64,000 bases of DNA from Candidatus Saccharimonadota bacterium (GTDB taxonomy: Bacteria; Patescibacteriota; Saccharimonadia; Saccharimonadales; SZUA-47): NCBI GenBank assembly GCA_016700315.1, contig CP065013.1:321449-385448 (forward strand), read 5' to 3'. Position 1 is the first letter of the stretch. Each line of letters opens with the position of its first letter. Positions 18,896 to 27,522 of this stretch are shown piece after piece. The notes under the pieces were generated by a model. That model saw only the letters and a list, made by a program, of their open reading frames with translations, was not told where the DNA came from and made no database searches. Made by a program: the position numbers and the translations under genes.

Positions 18896-20652
18896 CGGTA
18901 TCCCTCCGCCTGTGTTTCAAACATCTCCTTATATAGTTTACCGTATTCAAGTAGTTCTTCGTGAGAGCCATACTCTGTAATCCTGCCCTGTTCCATGACC
19001 ATGATTTTATCAGCTTTGCGCACAGTGCTAAACCGGTGACTAACAATTAGTGTTGTTTTGCCAGTGTGCTCGGCATAAATATTATTAAAGATTTTGTATT
19101 CAGCCTTGGCGTCTATGGCACTGGTGGGCTCGTCAAGCACTAGGAGGTCACCATTTCTTAGTAACGATCTAGCAACGGCTAACCTCTGAGTTTGTCCTCC
19201 AGAGAAGTTCTTGCCATCTTTAAATGAAGAATCCATTTTGGTTTCTAGCCCGTGCTTAAGTTTGCTTATGAATTCATCGGCACCTGCTAACTGTAAAGCG
19301 TGATTTAACTGCTCATTTGTGTAATGTTCAATGCCAAGAGCAACATTTTCCTCGACGCTCAGATGGCTAAGGATGATAAAATCTTGACTCAAATTACTGA
19401 TTGCTCGATAGTAGCTCTCAATTTCAATATCAGCGATATTTACTCCATTTATTAATATTTCTCCTTCGGTTGGCAAGTAAAGCCTCAGCAGCAGTTTTAG
19501 TAAGGTTGATTTACCAGCACCGTTTTCTCCTACCAAAGCAAGCTTGCTTCCGGGCACAATAATAAACGAGATGTTCTTCAGGGTATCAACTTCGGTGTTG
19601 GGATAGCGGAATGACACGTTCTTGAATTCGATGCTTAGTGGCCGTGCAACTTCTATATTGCCGTTTACTATTTTCGAATTTGCATCAAGGACTTTTTTGA
19701 AATTTTCTAATTCGATAAACCGTGCATCTAGGCTCTCTATTGAATAAGAGATAGAAAAAGCAGCATTGGTCATTTGTTGCAGTAAACCGCGCACGAACAG
19801 AAACCTGTCTAAGCCTATTCGTCCATCAACAAGCGCTCTAAAAAAGGCGTAAGTCGCGCCAATTTCTGTGGCAGGGTCCAGTATGTCTGCCCCCAAACTG
19901 TAAAGGGCCTTTTTTCTGCTCATAGTAAAGTACGTTTTGTCCATTTTTTGCTTGTGTTGTTTCCAGGTCGCAACCAGCTTAGAAAACCCATTGGCTAGGC
20001 GGATTTCTGGCATAGTTTGCGGGTCTACCAGCACCCAGCGCGTGCGATAAGTAATACGCTCTACTGGTGCAGTGTCTCTATATATCTTTTCGGAGTATTT
20101 GTTCATCTTGAGTCTTATGATTACCCCTGGTAAGCTCATAAGTACTATGCCAACAGCCACTATTGGGGAAACTAGCGCAACGGCAGAAAATGAACTGACA
20201 AGGCGTATAATCGATGACCCGATCCAAGTTAGTTCCGATAAAGTTCGTTGCGCACTCGACAAGCCATCAGTCGCGCGGCTAATTTTAGTCAAAAACTCTT
20301 CATCTTCAAACTGTTCTTGGCTTAGCTCGTACATTTTTCTGATAAGTTTGCTATTAAAGTGTAGCTCCATAAGCGCATTATGTTTTTCTTCTATGAGTTT
20401 TTCGATTAGGCTTATAAATTTAATGAAAATCTCTAACGCAAGCCACACCAGTAGCCAGCGGTAGACACCACTAGGGCTGGCACCCTGTAGGGCAACTTTT
20501 GTAATAGCGTTAATTAACTGCGCCGAAATGTAGACGTAAGCTATCGACGAGAAAGCATCGTAAAATGCGTAAAATACTTTCCAAGTAACAAAGAACCTGG
20601 AAACGGACATTTGCTCTTTGAGCATCCACAGTACTAGCCTAAGCCTCTTCAC
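18892..20652 (-). CDS. ABC exporter, fused permease/ATP-binding protein
   Basis: N-terminal 6-TM region; Walker A GENGAGKST, signature FSGGQTQR, and Walker B LLVLDEPTS. Confidence 0.85.
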   Translation of the reverse strand: MKRLRLVLWMLKEQMSVSRFFVTWKVFYAFYDAFSSIAYVYISAQLINAITKVALQGASPSGVYRWLLVWLALEIFIKFISLIEKLIEEKHNALMELHFNSKLIRKMYELSQEQFEDEEFLTKISRATDGLSSAQRTLSELTWIGSSIIRLVSSFSAVALVSPIVAVGIVLMSLPGVIIRLKMNKYSEKIYRDTAPVERITYRTRWVLVDPQTMPEIRLANGFSKLVATWKQHKQKMDKTYFTMSRKKALYSLGADILDPATEIGATYAFFRALVDGRIGLDRFLFVRGLLQQMTNAAFSISYSIESLDARFIELENFKKVLDANSKIVNGNIEVARPLSIEFKNVSFRYPNTEVDTLKNISFIIVPGSKLALVGENGAGKSTLLKLLLRLYLPTEGEILINGVNIADIEIESYYRAISNLSQDFIILSHLSVEENVALGIEHYTNEQLNHALQLAGADEFISKLKHGLETKMDSSFKDGKNFSGGQTQRLAVARSLLRNGDLLVLDEPTSAIDAKAEYKIFNNIYAEHTGKTTLIVSHRFSTVRKADKIMVMEQGRITEYGSHEELLEYGKLYKEMFETQAEGYR

Positions 20653-20735
20653 AAACTAATTTTAATGTAAACTTTGTAGTTATAGCTAATTTAAACGTCT
20701 GCCCGAAAACTAAACCTAGTATAATATTTTAAGCT

Positions 20736-20825
20736 GGAGGGGTCGCCTAGTGGTCTATGGCGCTCGCTTGGAAAGCGAGTTTCGGAGCAATCCGATCGAG
20801 GGTTCAAATCCCTCTCCCTCCGCCA
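20736..20825 (+). tRNA. tRNA-Ser (anticodon GGA), class II, CCA encoded
   Basis: Hand-folded. Acceptor GGAGGGG/TCCCTCC, anticodon stem ctcgc/gcgag with loop ttGGAaa, long variable arm, T-arm gaggg-ttcaaat-ccctc, and G73-CCA. Confidence 0.9.
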
Positions 20826-20860
20826 AACGTGTCGCTTTCAAACCCGGCACAGACGAATCG

Positions 20861-20896
20861 GCCCAGGACCGCCAAGGTCCTGGGCTTGTTCGTTTG
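20861..20896 (+). terminator. hairpin plus T-rich tail downstream of tRNA-Ser(GGA)
   Basis: gcccaggacc-gccaa-ggtcctgggc followed by ttgttcgttt. Confidence 0.45.
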
Positions 20897-21095
20897 AAGA
20901 GAACTCGACGCAGCCCGTCCGATACCTCACCGCGCTCGTGTCCAAAACGCGCATGGCGACTGCATCGGTGCGTTGGTTGGTGAGATGCCTACGAACGCGT
21001 ACCCGTAGCTGCTCGTTTGGTGGACGAGCCCGCAAGAGGTTCGTCCACCACAGGTCGGTTCAGGTCCTTACCCGCGTCCGGGGGAGGTGAGAAAC

Positions 21096-21257
21096 ATGGC
21101 AAAGAACACAGGCAAGGGCTTCCGGCTCGGCGCAGTGAAGTCGCGGTCGCAGACCAAGGGTTCCAGTGGCTTCGTGAAGCGTGACACCAAGACCGGTCGC
21201 TTCCTGGACGTCAAGTCCGACGGCAAGCCGTTCAAGGGCGTCTCGAAGGAGAAGTAG
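21096..21257 (+). CDS. small Lys-rich protein (53 aa) with high-GC codon usage; not in the ORF track
   Basis: Own translation: MAKNTGKGFRLGAVKSRSQTKGSSGFVKRDTKTGRFLDVKSDGKPFKGVSKEK*. SD gggggaggtga lies 5-6 nt upstream. 45 of 52 codons after the ATG end in G/C, and all 11 Lys codons are AAG. Confidence 0.55.
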   Translation: MAKNTGKGFRLGAVKSRSQTKGSSGFVKRDTKTGRFLDVKSDGKPFKGVSKEK

Positions 21258-21343
21258 GCAGGTCTCCCAGCTTCTTCAGTCGGCCGAAGACGTGCGGTGG
21301 ATTCGAAAGCACCTGCAAGACTTCCGCCAAAAAAGGTTTCACT

Positions 21344-21897
21344 CTAAATATATTTTGAAATTTCGCTCTTAAAGTCATCGAAATCCGTATACACAATACC
21401 GTTTATACCTAAGCTTTTCGCTGCCTCGATATTTTTCTCACTATCATCTACAAAAACAATTTCTTCTGGGCTACTTCTAGACTTTTCTATCGCTAATTCA
21501 AATATTTTTTATCGGGTTTCACTAGCCCTAAATCTGAAGAAATCATAACAATGTTAAATTTATGAATTTGTTCGGGGATAACTCTCTCAACTAAGCTTCT
21601 GGGCGCATTTGTTAGCAGGCCAACCTTAAACTCATTTAAATTTTCGTTAATAAACTCGAGAAGCTCAACATTTATTATCGGCGCTTTTCGTACTTCAATC
21701 CATAGTTCCTCCATCGAACGTCCGCTCCTTTCGGAAAGCATCTTTACCAAGCCCGCTTCTGTTAAGTTGCCCAAATCTAGATCGTCTAGCAATCTATATA
21801 GATTATTCCATTCGTGATCAGCAAAGCTATCTTGGATTACTTTTGCAAACACCGGAGATGATAAGACACCAAAAAAATCAAACAAGATAGTTTTCAA
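21344..21897 (-). pseudogene. HAD-family hydrolase interrupted by a frameshift at a homopolymer
   Basis: The track ORF 21493-21897 ends ...GLVKPDKKYLN*. The next frame continues AIEKSRSSPEEIVFVDDSEKNIEAAKSLGINGIVYTDFDDF...* (HAD motif IV). One extra A in the A6 run (T6 at 21505-21510 on +) would restore GLVKPDKKIFELAIEK. Confidence 0.65.
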
Positions 21898-22053
21898 AAA
21901 ATAATTGTACCAACATATACTTTTGAGCTATGTATAAATGTATAAAAACACAACCAGTTTGATAAATAGCTCATAATGTGGTGAAATTTACTTCGAAAAG
22001 TGCTTGTCAAGTCTTGAAACAGAGGTAGCATACCACGTACACTAGACTTAACA

Positions 22054-22923
22054 ATGCCACTAATCCAGCTAAATGAAGTTTCCAAGCTTTACGGCTTCGG
22101 CGACGCTGCTACTATAGCGCTCGACGAAGTCTCTTTGACTATCGAAAAAGGCGAGTTCATCGCAATCATGGGCCCTTCCGGTTCTGGAAAGACAACACTT
22201 ATGAACGTCATAGGGCTACTCGACCGTCCTTCAAGCGGGACTTTTAAGCTAAGCGGTCGCGATGTGGCTAGGCTCAGGCCACAAAAACAAGCTCGTCATC
22301 GCCGCGACCACGTCGGGTTTATTTTTCAGTCCTTCAACTTGCTGCCGCGCCTAAATATCCTCGAGAATGTGGCTCTGCCGCTTGCTTACAAAGGTATGTT
22401 GCAGCGTAGGCGCCTCAAAGCCGCCAGCCAAATGCTGGAGCAAGTTGGGCTAAACGATCGAGAATATTACCTACCGAGCCAGCTTTCAGGCGGTCAGTTG
22501 CAGCGTGCTTCGATAGCCAGAGCTTTGGTCAACAACCCAAGTATCATCATTGCCGACGAGCCAACTGGCAACCTAGACAGCACCGCAACTAGAGTAGTTA
22601 TGGAGCTACTAAGCGAGGTCCACAAGATGGGCAACACTGTGTTAATGGTAACTCACAACCCTGCACTTACCCGCTACGCTAGCCGAGTAATTTACATGCG
22701 AGACGGCCAAGTGGTTTACGATCAAGAATCGGTCATAGGAGAAATCCCCGAAGCCATGCAACGCGCCATGCAAGGCCGTAAGTTCATGACAAAAGAAGAC
22801 AGCGAGCTAGCTGGCGTTTCGGCTATGCTCCAAGAAATGCCCTCTGTTGAAGCACCATCACGCAAATCTATACGTAAAAAACTCAAAACTCCACGCCTCA
22901 AAAAAAGAGGTAGCAAAAAATGA
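22054..22923 (+). CDS. ABC transporter ATP-binding protein (MacB/LolD type)
   Basis: Walker A GPSGSGKTT, signature LSGGQLQR, and Walker B IIIADEPTGNLD. Confidence 0.9.
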   Translation: MPLIQLNEVSKLYGFGDAATIALDEVSLTIEKGEFIAIMGPSGSGKTTLMNVIGLLDRPSSGTFKLSGRDVARLRPQKQARHRRDHVGFIFQSFNLLPRLNILENVALPLAYKGMLQRRRLKAASQMLEQVGLNDREYYLPSQLSGGQLQRASIARALVNNPSIIIADEPTGNLDSTATRVVMELLSEVHKMGNTVLMVTHNPALTRYASRVIYMRDGQVVYDQESVIGEIPEAMQRAMQGRKFMTKEDSELAGVSAMLQEMPSVEAPSRKSIRKKLKTPRLKKRGSKK

Positions 22924-24137
22924 TGCTAAAAGAACACCTCAAAATGGCTTGGAGCTCGATTCGCGGAGCCAAAGCTCGCTCTTTGCTAACCATGTTTGGC
23001 ATTATTATTGGTGTGTCGTCGGTAGTGACTGTCATAAGTTTAGGCGATGGCCTAAAACGGCAAATCTCTGGCCAGGCCGCCAAAATCGGTGGCGAACTGC
23101 GCATAATTCAACCTGTTCAACGCCAACTCACCACTGGCAACATACTCAACCAAACGGTATTGCCAAGCACCACACTGTCAGATAAAGAAGTTGTTAGTGT
23201 TCGCCAAGCCGAAGGGGTAAAATCAGTTTCCCCAGTCGGAGTTGTCAATGGTGCAGTCAGCTACGGTGACAAAACAGACAAAGATATTACAGTTTACGGT
23301 GTTGGCTCAACTTTTGCCGAACTTTTGCAGCAGAAGGTACAATTCGGCGGTTTCTTTAGCGAACGAGAAGCTAGTAGCAATTTTGCCGTTATCGGCCGAG
23401 CCGTGGCCGACCGCTTGTTCGTCGAGCGTGTCCCGACCGGAAAATCTTTTAAGATTGGCTCTCAGGAATTTTTAGTGATCGGCGTCTTCGAGAACAAGAA
23501 TTTCCAAGCCGTGCCTTATTCGATAGACTTCAACAACGCCGTCGTCATACCGAGCGAAACCGCGCGCAAATTACCTGGCGGCTACACGATCTACGAGATC
23601 CTGGCAGGACTTGACGCTAAGAAAGTTAATGCAAGTCGTGCTACAGACAATATTCGAGCTCGTCTTGCACAAAACAGCCCCAACGCCAGCCTGATCGGAG
23701 TTTACAGCCCCAACGAAGCTATCGGTAGCTCCGATTCTGTCTTTCGGCAAGTTACGTGGTTCGTGACCGGAGTTGCACTAATATCCTTAGTTGTCGGCGG
23801 CATTGGCATTATGAACATCATGTTTGCCACTGTTAGCGAACGAACCCGCGAAATCGGCATTCGAAAAGCACTTGGCGCTACCAATCGTCAGATTATGGGA
23901 CAATTTCTAATTGAAGCCGCCATGCTATCACTTCTGGGCTGCTTGCTCGGCATTGTCTTGTCTCTTCTAGTCAACCTCGTCTTAAGAGTTACCACCGATG
24001 TACAGCCAGCTCTCACACCCAGCATCCTCGGTATAGCCGCTCTGGCAGCTCTTTTTACCGGTATTTTATCTGGGATCCTACCCGCAGCCAAAGCCGCTCG
24101 CAAAAAGCCAATCGATGCACTTCGTTACGACCGATAA
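22920..24137 (+). CDS. ABC transporter permease (MacB/FtsX type)
   Basis: N-terminal TM, large periplasmic-type domain, and a C-terminal FtsX 3-TM block (REIGIRKALGAT). The start overlaps the ATPase stop. Confidence 0.85.
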   Translation: MMLKEHLKMAWSSIRGAKARSLLTMFGIIIGVSSVVTVISLGDGLKRQISGQAAKIGGELRIIQPVQRQLTTGNILNQTVLPSTTLSDKEVVSVRQAEGVKSVSPVGVVNGAVSYGDKTDKDITVYGVGSTFAELLQQKVQFGGFFSEREASSNFAVIGRAVADRLFVERVPTGKSFKIGSQEFLVIGVFENKNFQAVPYSIDFNNAVVIPSETARKLPGGYTIYEILAGLDAKKVNASRATDNIRARLAQNSPNASLIGVYSPNEAIGSSDSVFRQVTWFVTGVALISLVVGGIGIMNIMFATVSERTREIGIRKALGATNRQIMGQFLIEAAMLSLLGCLLGIVLSLLVNLVLRVTTDVQPALTPSILGIAALAALFTGILSGILPAAKAARKKPIDALRYDR

Positions 24138-24209
24138 AACAGTAGTAGGTAGATAGTAATAAGCAGTAGGCAAACTCCTAAACCCAAATATAGACTATAA
24201 TTAGTGTAA

Positions 24210-24809
24210 ATGGTCAGAGTTAAAAGTCTCAGATTCTGGAACAACATTCTTAGCACTGTCGTAATTTTGCTTGGGCTCTACATTGCCGGCGCGCCATTCT
24301 TGCCTTTGGCTAAACTGTGGCTCAAACAACGCACCGACAAAACCAGCGGCGTACCCTACAGTGGTCAACTAGCCCAAATCGATAATGTCAAGCGTGCAGA
24401 TCCGCCGAAAGACAATCGTCTAGTTATACCGAGTATTAGCCTAAACGAGCCAATAAACGAAGGCAACAACATTTGGGTTATTCATAATGGCGGCACTTGG
24501 CGTTTACCGAAAAGCGTTGCGCCAACCGAGCAAGGCAATTCGGTGATTGTTGGGCATCGATTTTATGGTAGCAATGGTTCGACTTTTTACAATTTAGACC
24601 GCGTTAAGCTTGGTGAAAAAATGGCTGTCTACTGGCAAGGTAAGGAGTTAATCTACAAAGTTTCGGATATTAAGGTAGTGCCGCCGAGCGCCATTGAAGT
24701 CGAGGCCCCGACCAACGACCGCAGGTTGACGCTTTACACATGCACACCGCTGTGGACGGCCAAAGATAGACTAGTAATAACCGCCCTACCGGAGGAAACC
24801 CAGCAATGA
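24210..24809 (+). CDS. sortase family transpeptidase
   Basis: N-terminal anchor, catalytic His context VIVGHRF, TLxTC motif LTLYTCTP, and a downstream Arg (KDRLVITA). Confidence 0.8.
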   Translation: MVRVKSLRFWNNILSTVVILLGLYIAGAPFLPLAKLWLKQRTDKTSGVPYSGQLAQIDNVKRADPPKDNRLVIPSISLNEPINEGNNIWVIHNGGTWRLPKSVAPTEQGNSVIVGHRFYGSNGSTFYNLDRVKLGEKMAVYWQGKELIYKVSDIKVVPPSAIEVEAPTNDRRLTLYTCTPLWTAKDRLVITALPEETQQ

Positions 24810-24931
24810 AAAGACCGCAAATCAAAGAATATCATCGAACAATTATCCTGCTACTACTCCTTGCAGCTGGTATAATCTTCCTTTGGTGGAGCAACAAGAG
24901 CTACAATTCTAACTTCACGGACAGTTTTTAG
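24806..24931 (+). CDS. possible 41-aa single-TM peptide translationally coupled to the sortase gene; not in the ORF track
   Basis: ATGA overlap with the sortase stop. Own translation: MKRPQIKEYHRTIILLLLLAAGIIFLWWSNKSYNSNFTDSF*. Confidence 0.3.
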   Translation: MKRPQIKEYHRTIILLLLLAAGIIFLWWSNKSYNSNFTDSF

Positions 24932-25619
24932 CTTTTTTAAGAACCGCCCAAAAATTTGTAGCAGTGCCTTTTCTGCCTAATTTCGTAGCCTCTTTATAAA
25001 TAGATTCCAGTTCAACAACCTCAAATATTTTATAGAACTCTCTTAACTCCTGCTCAGAGTAGTCTTTCTGGAACTTCCCATTCTGTGGCCAAACTGTACT
25101 ATTTGGTTCGGGGCCGGGGTACTTTTCAATAAGCTCCTTTTCCCACTCATCGTTTATCGAACAAACATTTACAAGGGCAAACCCTCCAGGTATAAGCGTC
25201 CTGTACATTTCATCGCGGCACTTTTCCCTGCCCTGCATTGTCTCTATATCTATACTAGAGAAAGAATCAATTGCAATTGAGAAGTAGTTATCGGGGAATC
25301 TCCAGACTTTGTCTACTTCTGTTACAAAATAGTTAACGTTATTGGCGACGGATCTTGCTTTTGCCAGTTCTTTACCTACTATTGCTGCAGCTTTAATATA
25401 CTCCAGAGCACAAACTTCGAAGCCTAATCTAGCAAGATACACTGCATTTCTGCCTTTCCCAGCACCAATATCGACAGCCTTACCTTCTAGCTTCACGCCC
25501 CTTTTCTTTAAAAAATCGACAAATTGCACTACCCCGCTAGTAGGCTCGCTATTAGCCATCGTCGGTAAAGTCGATTTCTCAGTGTGCTCTTTTAGCCAGA
25601 TGGCTTTTTGAGTCCTCAT
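24915..25619 (-). CDS. class I SAM-dependent methyltransferase
   Basis: Motif I VDIGAGKGRNAVYLA and the acidic loop LEYI. Confidence 0.75.
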   Translation of the reverse strand: MRTQKAIWLKEHTEKSTLPTMANSEPTSGVVQFVDFLKKRGVKLEGKAVDIGAGKGRNAVYLARLGFEVCALEYIKAAAIVGKELAKARSVANNVNYFVTEVDKVWRFPDNYFSIAIDSFSSIDIETMQGREKCRDEMYRTLIPGGFALVNVCSINDEWEKELIEKYPGPEPNSTVWPQNGKFQKDYSEQELREFYKIFEVVELESIYKEATKLGRKGTATNFWAVLKKAKNCP

Positions 25620-25627
25620 AGAAATCT

Positions 25628-26665
25628 TTAAGACAACTCTTTCTTAAAACGCTCAATGATATCATCGTCGCCCATGTCTATTGGGCTCGTGCCATTTAGG
25701 AGAGCCGTGTAGACACTGACAAAGTCTCCCAAAGTCACCGCCCAGAGCAGTTGCTCGAGTAGTGTCGTGCCCTGCACCTCGACGTGCTGTGGGCTAGGCC
25801 AACGACCACTCAAGAACTTTTCGGTCAGTTCAAAGCGCTTTTTTATCCGATCGTTATCGAAGCTAGAAAGCAAGTAAATGATCTGATATGGTTTCTCGAC
25901 CGGGTGACTGGTCCAACCAGTAAACTCGTTATGGCTGAACTCTGGGAAAGTGTACTCCCATGCAACATTTTTGGCGTTCTCGTTAAAGCCGATTTTCCAC
26001 TTGTGAGCAGCTGGACTTAAGTCTGGCCCGCTGTAGATCACCATAGACTTGCCAGCACACTCCAGCGCAATTTGTTTGGCAAGGTTCTGGTTGGTGGCTA
26101 CGTCGGGGCGCCAGCTGTCGATAGCAGCTTGGACAAAACTAGCTGCCGATTCTAACTCAGACACGGCATTCGAGTTGTTCGTTAAGCCGTATTTTGAAGC
26201 CAAAACTGTCAACGCCTTTAACCCGTTAAACATACCATAGCGCGGCGGCCTGACCTTTGGTAGTTCCAAGAATGGGTAGCCTTTCTCGCGAGCGATCTCA
26301 GCCAACTTACCGCCAGAAGCAATAACCACCACGTATGCGCCTGCCGCCTCAGCTTTTGCGAGAGAAGACAAGGTTTCCTCGGTGTTACCAGATACGCTTG
26401 CCGCAATAAATAGTGTTTTCTCATTAACATAGGCTGGCAGGTCATAGTCCTTCGTAATTTCAAAAGGTACGTTAAAGCCGGGCCAATACCTTGCCACAAT
26501 TGCCCAAAGTGCTGAACCACCCATACCAGCATGAACAACATTTTCAAATCTTCTGTCACATTCACCTAAGTCGTACTTCTGCAGTAACTGCTCAGATTGT
26601 TTGGAGATTACCCCCAAAGCGTCGTAAGTGTCTTTTTGATGAATATACTTCAGATCGTCTAGCAT
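25628..26665 (-). CDS. SIS-domain bifunctional phosphoglucose/phosphomannose isomerase-like protein
   Basis: 345 aa with two SIS-like halves (GMGGSALWA...ASVSGNTEET). GGAGG SD upstream. Confidence 0.65.
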   Translation of the reverse strand: MLDDLKYIHQKDTYDALGVISKQSEQLLQKYDLGECDRRFENVVHAGMGGSALWAIVARYWPGFNVPFEITKDYDLPAYVNEKTLFIAASVSGNTEETLSSLAKAEAAGAYVVVIASGGKLAEIAREKGYPFLELPKVRPPRYGMFNGLKALTVLASKYGLTNNSNAVSELESAASFVQAAIDSWRPDVATNQNLAKQIALECAGKSMVIYSGPDLSPAAHKWKIGFNENAKNVAWEYTFPEFSHNEFTGWTSHPVEKPYQIIYLLSSFDNDRIKKRFELTEKFLSGRWPSPQHVEVQGTTLLEQLLWAVTLGDFVSVYTALLNGTSPIDMGDDDIIERFKKELS

Positions 26666-26695
26666 AAGCTTTTCAGCCTCCTCTTCTTCTGCTAT

Positions 26696-26723
26696 ATTGT
26701 AAATTGAAAATTGAAAATTGAAA
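26696..26723. repeat. heptanucleotide tandem array ATTGTAA plus (ATTGAAA)x3 in a divergent intergenic region
   Basis: attgtaaattgaaaattgaaaattgaaa was read directly. Confidence 0.8.
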
Positions 26724-26753
26724 AATTAGCTTATTAATTACTCGGGGGTGGGG

Positions 26754-27377
26754 ATGTTTCCAGATAATAATCAAACTAGTGCTAGCTCTACGAACGACGT
26801 CGGCGCGCCGACTTTTAGCGGAGCGCCAGCACCACACATGACGCCGGTTGCGACCAATACCAGCCCTTTCGCTACACCTGATCCTGTCAGTAGTGCTAGT
26901 GACAAAACTGCCCCCAGCTTCAGTAGCCCAGCATCTGATGGAGGCTTTAGTACTCCGCAGCCGAGCTCAACTCCAGCGCCAGCACAAGACGCCCCAGCGC
27001 CAGCCGCTGATCTTTTCAGTGATGTTGATGGCCCATCTTTTCTTGATGACGTTGCGGCACCAACTACTGCGCCATCTGTAGGTGCTCAATCTGACGATCA
27101 TCAAGCCGCAAACATCCCAGATGATCTACTAAAAATGAAGCAGGGTGCACTTGAGCAGCTCGAGCCACTAGTCGACAAACTCGACCAGACCCCCGAAGAA
27201 GCCTTCAAAACAACCATGATGATGATCCAAGCAACCGACAATCAGGAACTCCTCCAAAAAGCCTACGAGCAAGCCCAGAAAATTGATGACGAAAAAGTCC
27301 GCGCCCAGGCCCTGCTCGATGTTATAAACGAGATCAACTACTTCTCAAGCCAGAAGCAACCTGCAGCGGACAAATAA
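26754..27377 (+). CDS. hypothetical protein with a Pro/Ala/Ser-rich disordered N-half
   Basis: ORF. ATG at 26754 is preferred over the GTG at 26748. The sequence is low-complexity, then has a helical C-terminus. Confidence 0.45.
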   Translation: MFPDNNQTSASSTNDVGAPTFSGAPAPHMTPVATNTSPFATPDPVSSASDKTAPSFSSPASDGGFSTPQPSSTPAPAQDAPAPAADLFSDVDGPSFLDDVAAPTTAPSVGAQSDDHQAANIPDDLLKMKQGALEQLEPLVDKLDQTPEEAFKTTMMMIQATDNQELLQKAYEQAQKIDDEKVRAQALLDVINEINYFSSQKQPAADK

Positions 27378-27413
27378 TCCGCTGCCCACAAAACAGCCCA
27401 TTTTTACATATAA

Positions 27414-27449
27414 CAAAAAATAACAGATGTCAGGGTCAGACCCTGTTAT
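27414..27449 (-). repeat. REP-like palindromic element (inverted orientation)
   Basis: caaaaaataacagatgtcagggtcagaccctgttat is the reverse complement of the element at 45867. Confidence 0.75.
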
Positions 27450-27522
27450 GTAATATTTTAATATATTGTAAAAGTACCATATTGCGGGCGCTTTTATTCT
27501 TGTGTGGATTTGTCTTTTAGGG

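Larger units (their letters stand above)
20826..21329. other. high-GC insert (~0.5 kb) abutting the tRNA-Ser(GGA) 3' end; probable horizontally acquired fragment
   Basis: Composition changes sharply right after the tRNA CCA and reverts near 21330. The far edge ends in cttccgcca (21321-21329), resembling the tRNA 3' end cctccgcca. The insert contains a GC3-rich 53-aa ORF. Confidence 0.7.

Noticed and set aside
20750-21372. Track ORFs 20750-20983 (+), 20838-21035 (-) and 21181-21372 (+) in the GC-rich insert
   Set aside because: The first starts inside the tRNA. None has an SD. High GC generates long spurious frames. The SD-preceded 53-aa frame at 21096-21257 is the only convincing one.
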